64,000 nt of DNA, from positions 14,365 through 78,364 of the forward strand of contig JAEOTE010000108.1 of the NCBI GenBank assembly GCA_016839945.1, read 5' to 3'. The translations under genes and the position numbers were made by a program. This stretch comes from Candidatus Heimdallarchaeota archaeon. GTDB lineage: Archaea; Asgardarchaeota; Heimdallarchaeia; Heimdallarchaeales; Heimdallarchaeaceae. The notes under the pieces are model-generated. The model was given only the letters and a program-made list of their open reading frames with translations. It was not told where the DNA came from and ran no database searches. Below are positions 47,737 through 57,047 of the stretch, piece after piece. The first letter of the stretch is position 1, and every line of letters begins with the position of its first letter.

Positions 47737-49530
47737 TTAGAAAAATCCTGGAAGTCCTTTGAAAACGCAAACTACTGCAGCAAGGAAGAGTAGGAATACT
47801 AAAATCCAACTAGCTATATCTTTGTTTGAACTGAATCTTCGACCATCAGGAGTAAACATACGTTTTATCATAACAATTGGTCTAGGAGTACGTCGGTACC
47901 AACCTTCAACAGTAACTTGAGAACCTATAAGACGTTCAACTCGGAATAGTGCAGTGAAGAAGCGCATGAAACCGAATACAGGATTGTAATCTAAAGTTAT
48001 GATACCAGAAGGATCTTGAAGAACAACATCTTCACTGAAATAATATCCTGGAGTACCACGACCAATTATAGTTCCTTTAAGATATATTGGTTTTCCTCTG
48101 AATGGAGATGCTTCCGCAAAACCATCATCTGACACGTCTGTTACAGCATTCATGATTGATATGAGTGGAAGATCTTCACCAAGTTTGGGATAACGGACTC
48201 GAACTCTCCATATCCAAATCAAAGCAGCTAAACCGAAACCACCAGCAATACCATACCAATTCCATGCATCAGTACCGAATAGGAAGGTTAGTGCTCCAAG
48301 ACCAGGAAGGATGAAAATCAATGCAGGTGCAACATACATAAGGAAAATGTCTACCAAAAACTCGTCTAATAATGTCTCTTTTATCATGTCAGCTCCTAAC
48401 ATTGGGTATGTTCTTTTCATCCCCATTTCTAGTGATAGATCATCTAGAGCTAGCAGTCTTTTTGCAGCTAATGGATGAGTTGATTGCAATTCTAAGAAAC
48501 TTCCCCATGGATTTTCTAAATCCCAAGCTGCTGCTTTCACAACCATATCAGGGTCAATGTCCCCAACTTGTGATTGAGCATAAGCAGTCATCACTAATCC
48601 TCTAGCAGCTTTTATATCGAAGATATTCAATGATCTTGATGCGTTAGTAAAACCACTTCTATAGTAAGTTCTAGTTCTTGTTCTTCTGTCTACGTCTTTA
48701 TTATTAATTGTTTGAGCATCTTGTGCTTGAGTTTGAACCATCCCGTATGCAATCTTTACTAATGCTGTTGAAAGACCTTTGGGATTCTTGGTTTGTTCTC
48801 CAGAAAATCTATCAGCATAGTATTCTCTGACTCTACTTAAGAAGAGTACTAGAAATTGACTTACAATGTAGAAGAAATATGACACAACCATTGTTATAAG
48901 AGCAGCTGCGGCAATATATCCCGCTCCTTTATTATCTCCTCCACCTGAAACAGCACCAGACCTAAGCATTACTCTAGAGAAGAGATAAAAGGTATAGAGA
49001 ATCATAGGAACTGCGGCAGCTAGAGTCATAAATAAGAAATCTCTATGAGCTATATGTCCTAATTCATGAGCTACAACGGCTCTTTGTTCATCAGGAGTTA
49101 AAAGATTGAGAATACCATCTGATAAGACAATTCGAGCATTCTTCTTAAAACGACCATATGTTAAAGCTGTTGGCATTTGATCATGTATCATTCCTATTTT
49201 CTTAACCGAAATATTATGTAGTTGACTTTGCTCAACAATCAATTCAGCTAGATGAGGTGGTAATGACATTGGATCAATCCATGACATTTTATGAAGCCAC
49301 CTAAAGTTTAAATCTAGTAACCAAGGTGAGATCAAAAATTGTAGAAAGATAATCCCTAAAGTTATCAAAATTGGTAATAGTATAAAAGATGACATCCCTA
49401 AAGCTTGTTGGAAATCTCCGTAAACATACGCAATTGCTATTGCAGCCATGGATAATCCATAGACCATGCCCCATAGAACAATAAGAGTAAGCATTCCTCT
49501 AAAAGCGATTCTTAATTTCATAAGTATCAA
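47737..49530 (-). CDS. M48 family (HtpX/Ste24-like) membrane zinc protease with a ~230-aa C-terminal extension
   Basis: HELGHIAHRD, REYYADRF and STHPLAAKR motifs. N-terminal and central TM helices. Extra C-terminal TM helices plus a beta-rich soluble segment. Confidence 0.8.
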   Translation of the reverse strand: MILMKLRIAFRGMLTLIVLWGMVYGLSMAAIAIAYVYGDFQQALGMSSFILLPILITLGIIFLQFLISPWLLDLNFRWLHKMSWIDPMSLPPHLAELIVEQSQLHNISVKKIGMIHDQMPTALTYGRFKKNARIVLSDGILNLLTPDEQRAVVAHELGHIAHRDFLFMTLAAAVPMILYTFYLFSRVMLRSGAVSGGGDNKGAGYIAAAALITMVVSYFFYIVSQFLVLFLSRVREYYADRFSGEQTKNPKGLSTALVKIAYGMVQTQAQDAQTINNKDVDRRTRTRTYYRSGFTNASRSLNIFDIKAARGLVMTAYAQSQVGDIDPDMVVKAAAWDLENPWGSFLELQSTHPLAAKRLLALDDLSLEMGMKRTYPMLGADMIKETLLDEFLVDIFLMYVAPALIFILPGLGALTFLFGTDAWNWYGIAGGFGLAALIWIWRVRVRYPKLGEDLPLISIMNAVTDVSDDGFAEASPFRGKPIYLKGTIIGRGTPGYYFSEDVVLQDPSGIITLDYNPVFGFMRFFTALFRVERLIGSQVTVEGWYRRTPRPIVMIKRMFTPDGRRFSSNKDIASWILVFLLFLAAVVCVFKGLPGFF

Positions 49531-49586
49531 GATAAAAACGTCACACTAGTATATATTGCTTTGTTTTAGAATTATACAGAATTATA

Positions 49587-50255
49587 CTAGATGAAGGAAA
49601 GGATTCCACTGATTTTTTCAATAGTTTGATAAGATTCAGCAGAGAATTTTCTTGTTCCAGGAGCACCTTCCTTTTTGAACAGTATAAAATCAATTTCTCC
49701 ATTCTTTGCTGTTTCAGCATCCAACCAAGAATCTCCAATAAAAAGAACATCACTCTTTTTTCTTTTGAACTCTGTTAAGATTCTTTCTAATCCTTCTAAA
49801 TGAGGTTTACTTCTTATCACATCATCTCTAGTTAAAACATAATCAACAAGATCGATGATGTTAAATTTTTCTAATGCATAATCTGTTAGTTTTCTTGAAT
49901 TATTAGTATAGATTACATTTATGCAGTTTAGATCTTTTAGTTTCTGTAAAGTTGCAATTACATCATCATCTATTGTTGCTTTTTCATATCCTTTCAGCTC
50001 ATATTTTTGAATAATATCCCACGCTTCTAACAATTTTTCTCCATTGAGTTCACTGCCCTTGATAAAACTGAGCATATCCAAAATAGGTATAGGATTGTTT
50101 AATAATTCATTATATTTCTCCTCATGAATAATATCCTTCAATATCTGTAATATCTTCATTCTAATTCCCTCATAATCTATATCTGACTGTATTAAAGTCC
50201 CATCCATATCGAATATAATTAAATCATGGTTTGCCATTATTCTTTTCACTTTCAA
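49587..50255 (-). CDS. HAD superfamily hydrolase
   Basis: Motif I IIFDMDGTL and motif IV IGDSWLD. Confidence 0.8.
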   Translation of the reverse strand: MKVKRIMANHDLIIFDMDGTLIQSDIDYEGIRMKILQILKDIIHEEKYNELLNNPIPILDMLSFIKGSELNGEKLLEAWDIIQKYELKGYEKATIDDDVIATLQKLKDLNCINVIYTNNSRKLTDYALEKFNIIDLVDYVLTRDDVIRSKPHLEGLERILTEFKRKKSDVLFIGDSWLDAETAKNGEIDFILFKKEGAPGTRKFSAESYQTIEKISGILSFI

Positions 50256-50356
50256 GCAATTTTATATCTATTTTTAATAAATTTTAGCATTAAACTTCTA
50301 TTAATAGAATAGGTAATCTTTTATTATCTTTTATTGTTATTATTTTTGATGTTAAA

Positions 50357-51580
50357 TTGACTTCAAATGTCCCTGAATTTCAAATAATTCACTATGAACC
50401 TCTTTATTCAGACCTTAATCTTGTTTTCAACACAGTATTAGAACTCTCCAATGATTTCAAGGAAAAAGGAGAGGATAATGTTAACATCCGTGTTCTTGCA
50501 TATTTCTATGAAGGATTGTTGAACATTATCAAAGGAGATGACCTATACAGACAAAAGCAGTTTGGTCAATCGTTAGAACACTTCGAGGATGGACTCAAGT
50601 TAATCAACAGATCTAGAGCTTCAAGAGGAAGAGAAGGTGACCAGATTTTTGATGAAATGGTTAAGTGGATAAGCTATGCCGAAGGTATGAAAAAAATTAC
50701 TGAAACTTTTAGTGAAGAGGACATTGAAAAAAGACTTTCTTTAGTAGAAGAGAGTATAAAAGATTTTGAGATTTTCTTGGAAGGAAGGAAAAAAGAACAA
50801 AACCGTATTGACGAGATTATTGCAAAAGCAAGAATAAGCTACGCTAACTATTTGTACAAAAAAATAGAATCTTCAAAATACATTGAAAATTCAAAGAAAT
50901 ACAAGAAATATCTTCTAGAAGCAAGATCTAAATTAATGAAAGCTAATTTTCTATATAGATCATTTGATGATGAATTAACAGAACTTCAGAATGTTATAGA
51001 TGAGATAACAAAACAGCATATTGTTTTTAGAGCTGAAGGATTCTGGGATCAAGGAACAATCAACATTATGAGTAGCAATTTTGCAGAAGCTCTTCGATTG
51101 TTCATAATTGCATCTAAATATTATTCGAGAGCCAGTGAAATCTGTGAAAATTTCATGGAACAAAGGTTATATCTTGCTTTATCCAGGATAACTGAAGCTA
51201 GTAGTATTGAAGCAAATGCTAGTGAGCTATATAAAAGAAAAGACAAACCAAAACAAGCTAGTGATAAATTCATGGAAGCTGTTGAGGTAATAGATATTGC
51301 TCTAGGTCTTTTAACCAGTATTAAAAGTGAAACTCTGATTAACAACATGACAGCACAACGTTCTTTTTATGAAGCATTATCTTTGGAAACAGAGGGTATC
51401 AATTTGTTTGATAACGAAAGCTTTGCTGAAGCTGATGAAAAATTTGAACAAGCGATGAAAAAATTGAATGAAACTCAAATAAAAGCTACAGAGGGGAATA
51501 TTGATCAGTTACTTGAATTCGTTAGAACTGCTAAAAGTGAAATTGAAGGTTATATATCTATGACAAAGGCTATGATATAA
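50357..51580 (+). CDS. Hypothetical helical-repeat (TPR-like) protein
   Basis: 407-aa all-helical ORF. TTG start. No specific motif recognised. Confidence 0.45.
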   Translation: MTSNVPEFQIIHYEPLYSDLNLVFNTVLELSNDFKEKGEDNVNIRVLAYFYEGLLNIIKGDDLYRQKQFGQSLEHFEDGLKLINRSRASRGREGDQIFDEMVKWISYAEGMKKITETFSEEDIEKRLSLVEESIKDFEIFLEGRKKEQNRIDEIIAKARISYANYLYKKIESSKYIENSKKYKKYLLEARSKLMKANFLYRSFDDELTELQNVIDEITKQHIVFRAEGFWDQGTINIMSSNFAEALRLFIIASKYYSRASEICENFMEQRLYLALSRITEASSIEANASELYKRKDKPKQASDKFMEAVEVIDIALGLLTSIKSETLINNMTAQRSFYEALSLETEGINLFDNESFAEADEKFEQAMKKLNETQIKATEGNIDQLLEFVRTAKSEIEGYISMTKAMI

Positions 51581-51720
51581 TAATATGACATAGAAAACCT
51601 TAAACCTTTATTTTTTAATATATTATCGAAGAGTTCACTATGATGTTACAACGGTCTACGATTCTTTGAAAATGAATTGTGATGGGCGGACTGAGATGAA
51701 TTCTTCTTAATTTTATAATA

Positions 51721-53475
51721 CTACCCAACTATGTTTGCAACAATTTCCTTGTATTTGAAGAAAATCAGTCTTTTATGCCCAGTTTCTGCAATTAGTCCAT
51801 AAGTATTGATTGTATAAGTATCATCTGTGAGTGAGAAGTAAACAAAACCATTAACTCTTGCATCGTTTGCACAAATCTCAAGCATTCTTGTCAATGCTCC
51901 TTCTTGAACTCTTTCTCCATACATTACAGCAGACAATCCAAACTCAATAATCCAGAATTCTTTTTCATTTGGGACTATTTTATCAAGATAATCATTTATC
52001 TCCTCAATATCTCTTTCATGAATAACATAGTAGTCTATTCCTATGAAATCAAGAGTGCTATTTGTCCATAAAGGCTCGAATATATTATATTCATCACTGA
52101 AACCATTAAAAGATAATTTTACTCCTACTTCGGTGTCATTTGACAATGAATGTAAGTGGTTTACAGTGTTATTAATGGTGGTTACCCATGTATCTATTGA
52201 AGGAACTTCTTTAAGATAAGCAGTAGAGAAACCAAAAGGTTCAGGATAGATAATAAGATATTCTGGATTACATTCTTCCAATAGTGTTATTGCTTGATTC
52301 TCCAAAGTTTCCGTATATTCAGAAAAGCTAATGTTTTGATAAGCCCATGCAGGGGTGCTATATCCATATGTTGTAAGCATTATTTTGAAACCATTAGATT
52401 TCAATATATTCATAGCTTGTTTGAATCCCGTAAGATTGTTATCTATTAATTCTTGTCTCACATCTAATTTTACTGTAGATACATTTAATTCTAATAATGC
52501 ATCTAGCTCGTTTTGGAATTCTGTTTCATAGTTAAAAAGAAAAGCATCAGAGTAAGAGATTGAAGTAAGAGTTACTCCTGTATCAAAATCTGATCTTAAA
52601 GAGAACATAGGATCATAGTTCTTTGAAGTGTATGAACTGTAAGAGCTCATAACTCCTATTGCTTGAAAACTGAAGACTAGAAGAAGGATAGCTAACATTG
52701 CATAGATACCTTTTGCTCCATTATCCATAAATGATAGAAAAGGTAGAGAAGGTTTTTTCTCAATTTCCTCTACTTCTTGTTCGACTTCATCTAAGAAAAC
52801 ACTCGCTCTTTTTCTCTTTTTGGATAAAGTGTCTTCTTTAGGTTTTGTTGCTTTTTGAGGTAGGCTTATTTTCTTTTCAATTTGCAAAGGTATACAAATT
52901 GGAATTATTATCAAAGCAGGATAAGCATAGTTTAATTGTCCGCTGAAAAAGAACGCTTGAAACATTGCATATCCAATAGCTGGAAGAACTAACATCCAAT
53001 CAAGGAATTTAGGAAGAATAAAAGAAGTCTCAGCTGAGATTTTGTTAATAAATAGTAATGCAGTTAGAATTGCACTCAAAGAAAATAGAATGTTTGTTAT
53101 TTTTCTCATTACAGTGGATTTGGTGATACCAAGAAAAGAAAATACAGTAACAGTAATATTGTTAATTGTTAGCAGCAATGCCCCTACTAATCCTGCAGTA
53201 GTTAAGCTCCCAAACCCATAGAAGAACAATAGGAATGTTCCTACAAAAATAAAGAATCCAGATAGAACATACAAATACATTTTTTCGTATTTTTCATGTT
53301 CAAGAGTGAATTTCACAAATGGTTTTTCTTTATCAAACAGATTTATTATATTTTGAAGTAAGAAAGTAATAAAATCTTTCAAAAAGAAATATAGGGGTTT
53401 TGCACTTACTGAAAAATTGAAAACGAGAGATACAATTGCTATGACAAATGCTCCACCAAATCCAAATATAGCCAT
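51721..53475 (-). CDS. Polytopic membrane domain fused to a clan GH-A-like glycoside hydrolase TIM barrel (tentative)
   Basis: ~200-aa N-terminal multi-TM region, a charged linker, another TM, then a barrel-like domain with IIYPEPFG (acid/base-like) and FWIIEFG (nucleophile-like) segments. Confidence 0.55.
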   Translation of the reverse strand: MAIFGFGGAFVIAIVSLVFNFSVSAKPLYFFLKDFITFLLQNIINLFDKEKPFVKFTLEHEKYEKMYLYVLSGFFIFVGTFLLFFYGFGSLTTAGLVGALLLTINNITVTVFSFLGITKSTVMRKITNILFSLSAILTALLFINKISAETSFILPKFLDWMLVLPAIGYAMFQAFFFSGQLNYAYPALIIIPICIPLQIEKKISLPQKATKPKEDTLSKKRKRASVFLDEVEQEVEEIEKKPSLPFLSFMDNGAKGIYAMLAILLLVFSFQAIGVMSSYSSYTSKNYDPMFSLRSDFDTGVTLTSISYSDAFLFNYETEFQNELDALLELNVSTVKLDVRQELIDNNLTGFKQAMNILKSNGFKIMLTTYGYSTPAWAYQNISFSEYTETLENQAITLLEECNPEYLIIYPEPFGFSTAYLKEVPSIDTWVTTINNTVNHLHSLSNDTEVGVKLSFNGFSDEYNIFEPLWTNSTLDFIGIDYYVIHERDIEEINDYLDKIVPNEKEFWIIEFGLSAVMYGERVQEGALTRMLEICANDARVNGFVYFSLTDDTYTINTYGLIAETGHKRLIFFKYKEIVANIVG

Positions 53476-53529
53476 TTTTCCTCACTCTCTAACTTTTTGA
53501 GCGTTTAAATGTCTTACCATTCCAAGCTT

Positions 53530-54258
53530 TTAATTAAATATAACTTCTGAAAGATCTTTAATAGAACCTCTGAAATCCGGAATAGTTTCTTTAGTGATAA
53601 GGTCTTCATTTTCGAATGTAGATTCCAAGAAAAATGTTTTGAAACCAAGTTTCTTTGCACTCATATCTCTTAATCCATCATTTCCTATAACTAGTGATTT
53701 ATTTGGTTCCTTCTTTGTTAAGTCTACAATCTCAAACCAGTATTTACTATTTCCTTTACAAAATTTACTGTTTTCTGCGTGAGTTATATGATCAAAATAA
53801 TCAGGAGATAAACCACCCCATTCAATTCTTCTTTTTATGGATATTAATGGAAAAACAGGATTGGTTGCTAAAATTATTTTAGCATCAGGTATTTTTTCTC
53901 TAATATCTAGAAGTAGTTCCTTAGCTCCATCCATAGGAGTTATTATAGGTTTTATCACATCGAATTTTGTTTCGTAGAAATGGAGAAATCTTTGCCTTAT
54001 CTCCTCACAATCAGCATTAAATTTTGGACAAAAATCTTGTAAGAAATCATCAAGAGCTGATGTTAACTCATTATCGTTGTATTCCATTATCTCAGTTGAG
54101 CTCAGGATTTCTTTAATGAAAGCTTGTGGATCTGGAATCAGATCAATAAAAAACTGAGACGCTGCCCCAAGATATCTTCGAATAAACTCTTCTGGATTAA
54201 AATTAATTAAAGTTCCATCTAAATCAAAGAGAAAAGCTTGAAATTGCATTGTAGTCAC
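53530..54258 (-). CDS. HAD superfamily hydrolase
   Basis: Motif I FLFDLDGTL, ATNP, and motif IV GNDGLRD. Confidence 0.8.
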   Translation of the reverse strand: MTTMQFQAFLFDLDGTLINFNPEEFIRRYLGAASQFFIDLIPDPQAFIKEILSSTEIMEYNDNELTSALDDFLQDFCPKFNADCEEIRQRFLHFYETKFDVIKPIITPMDGAKELLLDIREKIPDAKIILATNPVFPLISIKRRIEWGGLSPDYFDHITHAENSKFCKGNSKYWFEIVDLTKKEPNKSLVIGNDGLRDMSAKKLGFKTFFLESTFENEDLITKETIPDFRGSIKDLSEVIFN

Positions 54259-54260
54259 AA

Positions 54261-55145
54261 CTATGAGAGTTCAAATAATTTGTATTCAGTGTCCAAACAT
54301 AGACCTATGCATCCTGGTCCTGTATGTGTAACAATTGTCATTCCTATCTCTCCAATTGAGATTTTAGCATCTTTTGATTGTATAGTCTCCTCTATATGTT
54401 TTTTAAGAAAATTAGCAGATTCTAAGTTCCTTGAATGCATGATGTAAGCATTGAATTTGTCAGGTTTACCTTTTTTCTCATATGCTGTGTTGAAGGATTC
54501 AAGTACTGCAGCTTCATATCCTCTAACAGACTTAACAACCTCCATTTTGCCATCCTCAAAATTAATTACTGGCTTCATGTCTACTAATTTTGCTATCCAG
54601 TACTTAGAACGGCTTAATCGACCACCTCTGTGTAGATATTGAAGGTCAGGAACTGTGAAACCTATTTCAAGAGTCTTTCTATAGTTCTCAAGTTCTTCCA
54701 TTATTTTTTCTCCACCCATTCCTTGCCTAGCTAGTTCTGAAGCTTTCAAAGCAATAAGTCCTAAGCCAAAAGTAGCTAATTTTGCATCATATATATGAAT
54801 TTTAGCAGGATTTTCTACTTTTCTTTCATACATTCTACGAGCATTTAGAGCACTATTATATGAACCAGATATACCAGAACTAATTACAACATTCAAAACC
54901 TCATCTGCTTCCTTACCAAGCTTCTCATACATTTCATACTGATGATGAAGTGTGGGATTAGCGGTTTTCGGATAAACACTTGATGAAAAGAATTTCTCGT
55001 AGAACTTATCCATATTGATATCTACATTTTCATAATAAATCTCATCACCAAAAGTTATTACTGTTGGTACCAAAGAAAGATCATTTTCTTTTACAATTTT
55101 TTCAGGAATATCTGCAGCACTATCTGTCATTACTTTTACTGTCAT
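54261..55145 (-). CDS. DegV family fatty-acid-binding protein
   Basis: N-terminal VMTDSAADIP, SSGISGSYNSA and VTHTGPG segments typical of DegV/FakB. Confidence 0.85.
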   Translation of the reverse strand: MTVKVMTDSAADIPEKIVKENDLSLVPTVITFGDEIYYENVDINMDKFYEKFFSSSVYPKTANPTLHHQYEMYEKLGKEADEVLNVVISSGISGSYNSALNARRMYERKVENPAKIHIYDAKLATFGLGLIALKASELARQGMGGEKIMEELENYRKTLEIGFTVPDLQYLHRGGRLSRSKYWIAKLVDMKPVINFEDGKMEVVKSVRGYEAAVLESFNTAYEKKGKPDKFNAYIMHSRNLESANFLKKHIEETIQSKDAKISIGEIGMTIVTHTGPGCIGLCLDTEYKLFELS

Positions 55146-55202
55146 AATTCAAACCTTATTTAAGAAAAAAGAGGATTAATTTAAATTTTGCTGGAATCTA
55201 CT

Positions 55203-56093
55203 TCAAAAATCGAAATTTCTTGTAACCATTAATGCAAGACAACGAGGTCCAGTATGTGAAGCTATTACTCCACCAATTCTGAATGTTTCACCTACATTGA
55301 GACCTGGGTATTGTTCTTGAGCACTTTTAGCAATTTCCTCTGCTTTATCACGAAAATCAGATTCTAGAAAATGTAATGTTAAATCTTTAGCTTCTACACC
55401 TTCGAAATAATCGATGAGCATTTTTAGACTTGTTTTAATTGATTTATCATAACCAGTCACACTTTTTACAACTTCAAGGTTTCCATCAATGAATGTTATA
55501 ATTGGATTCATAGACATTAATTTAGCTGCATAATATTTTGTCTTTGAAAGTCTTCCACCTTCAAACAACCATTTAAGATTTTCAACAGTGAAGTAGAGCT
55601 TAACATCCTTTTCTTGCCATTGCTTAATCATAGCTATGATTTCTTCTGCATTGAAGCCTTCTTTTGCTAATTGAGCTGCTTTAATAACAGATAATCCCAT
55701 TAAGGAACTAGCTGCTAAAGTGTCATATATGTAAATTTTTGCTGAATCTGGATTAGATTTTTCATACATTTTTTTCGCAAATTGTGCATTAGCCACTGCA
55801 CCACTTATCTTGCTTGAAAGATGAAACGAGATAATTTCATCATACTTTTCACCATATTTCTCATAAGCTACTAGCAAATCATGCTGAGTTGATTGAGAAG
55901 TGTGAGGTTGTTTTTCACTTGAATATAGTTTCTTATAGAATTCAGATGTTTTCAATTGCAGTAGTTCTTTGTAATCATCTATTCCAAAAATCACATGCAT
56001 AGGCACCCAACTAATATCATATTTATCATAAAGTGTTTTATCATCTGGAACATTCAAATCAGCACTTGTATCACATATAATCTTAACAGTCAT
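55203..56093 (-). CDS. DegV family fatty-acid-binding protein
   Basis: IICDTSADLNVP, SSKISGAVANA and ASHTGPRC. I start it at ATG 56093; the listed GTG at 56210 adds 39 non-conserved codons. Confidence 0.85.
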   Translation of the reverse strand: MTVKIICDTSADLNVPDDKTLYDKYDISWVPMHVIFGIDDYKELLQLKTSEFYKKLYSSEKQPHTSQSTQHDLLVAYEKYGEKYDEIISFHLSSKISGAVANAQFAKKMYEKSNPDSAKIYIYDTLAASSLMGLSVIKAAQLAKEGFNAEEIIAMIKQWQEKDVKLYFTVENLKWLFEGGRLSKTKYYAAKLMSMNPIITFIDGNLEVVKSVTGYDKSIKTSLKMLIDYFEGVEAKDLTLHFLESDFRDKAEEIAKSAQEQYPGLNVGETFRIGGVIASHTGPRCLALMVTRNFDF

Positions 56094-56224
56094 AATTTCT
56101 AACAAAACTAGGTTTGATTTAAGTTTTTTCTGAAGTATGATAATATGAAAAGAAAGATACAGAAGAGGAAAATATATAAATTGGCTGTTTGAAGCATGTT
56201 TAGAAGTCACGAAGGAAGACTCAA

Positions 56225-56980
56225 ATGCGTAAGAAAATCTTTACTCTAGCTATAGTTTCTATTACAATTCTCTTAATTACTGGATTTCCTATAATTAGAG
56301 CTTCTAACATTACAAATAACCTATCAATCATGCAACCTGACACAGAAGATAGTTTTCAAAATGAACTAATCAAGAATTCTTTGAATGATACAATTCCTGA
56401 TAGACCATTTCTGGAAATAAAAAAGGATTTCAATTTGACACTATTAGTACCTAATATTGAGAAAAAAACCTTTCAAGTTGAGCCTGGTCAGACAATAAAT
56501 GTAAACATCACAATAAAAAACATTGGACAAAGAACAGCATATAATTTAACAGTAGTTGATCCAAGTTTTGCAGATTGGGCTATTTCAAGCTTGAACATAA
56601 ACACACAAAAATATGTAATTGTTCAACCAAATGCAACAGTTTTCTATTATTATTACTTTGTACCAATTCTTGAAGGTAATTACACTCTTGAATCTACAGA
56701 AATAGATTACTTCCATCTCAATGGAAGCGAATATAGATCATTCTCTCAGAGATTTAACATCTTTTCAATTATAGAAGAAGTCGAACAAACTATTCAAGGT
56801 GAACTTTGGAGTAAGATTTTAGTTTATTGTATAGTAATTGCTGGATCAATAGGATTGGTTGTAGCAGGTGATTATTATCTCGTTAGAAGAAGACGAGTAA
56901 AAACAAAGAAAGTTGTAAAAAAAGCACCTGTTCAAAAAAGTAAGAAGGAACAGAAAAGAAAAATACAGAAAAGAAGATAG
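56225..56980 (+). CDS. Type I membrane protein with a TRAP-beta-like / CARDB-like beta-sandwich ectodomain
   Basis: N-terminal signal/anchor. Ectodomain segment FQVEPGQTINVNITIKNIGQRTAYNLTVVDPSFADW...VQPNATVFYYYYFVPILEGNYTLESTEIDY. A single C-terminal TM and a Lys/Arg-rich tail. Confidence 0.55.
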   Translation: MRKKIFTLAIVSITILLITGFPIIRASNITNNLSIMQPDTEDSFQNELIKNSLNDTIPDRPFLEIKKDFNLTLLVPNIEKKTFQVEPGQTINVNITIKNIGQRTAYNLTVVDPSFADWAISSLNINTQKYVIVQPNATVFYYYYFVPILEGNYTLESTEIDYFHLNGSEYRSFSQRFNIFSIIEEVEQTIQGELWSKILVYCIVIAGSIGLVVAGDYYLVRRRRVKTKKVVKKAPVQKSKKEQKRKIQKRR

Positions 56981-57047
56981 TTTTTCTTTCTATTTCATTT
57001 TTCTAATTCGAATCTATCATTTTATATATATCAATGTTCAAAAAAGT

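Noticed and set aside
49541-49753. 70-aa ORF overlapping the 3' part of the HAD hydrolase gene.
   Set aside because: It is nested in a different frame of a gene with clear HAD motifs, so it is likely spurious.
51634-51700. C/D-box sRNA-like elements in the 140-nt spacer after the helical-repeat gene. ATGATGT at 51640-51646 and CTGA at 51691-51694 are flanked by TTCA/TGAA, in a locally GC-richer segment.
   Set aside because: The internal D'/C' boxes are poor (CGAT or TTGA; ATGAATT). Their spacing does not fit the canonical 12-nt guide geometry of archaeal C/D sRNAs, and the terminal stem needs an asymmetric loop. It is worth a look in RNA-seq data but is not callable from sequence alone.
56094-56210. 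N-terminal extensions implied by the ORF track: the DegV ORF listed from 56210, fixC from 15214, GT2 from 44822.
   Set aside because: The extensions start at GTG/TTG/ATG codons upstream of the conserved N-termini. They add non-conserved residues and, in the fixC case, overlap the upstream gene. Internal ATGs at 56093, 15304 and 44750 coincide with the family N-termini.
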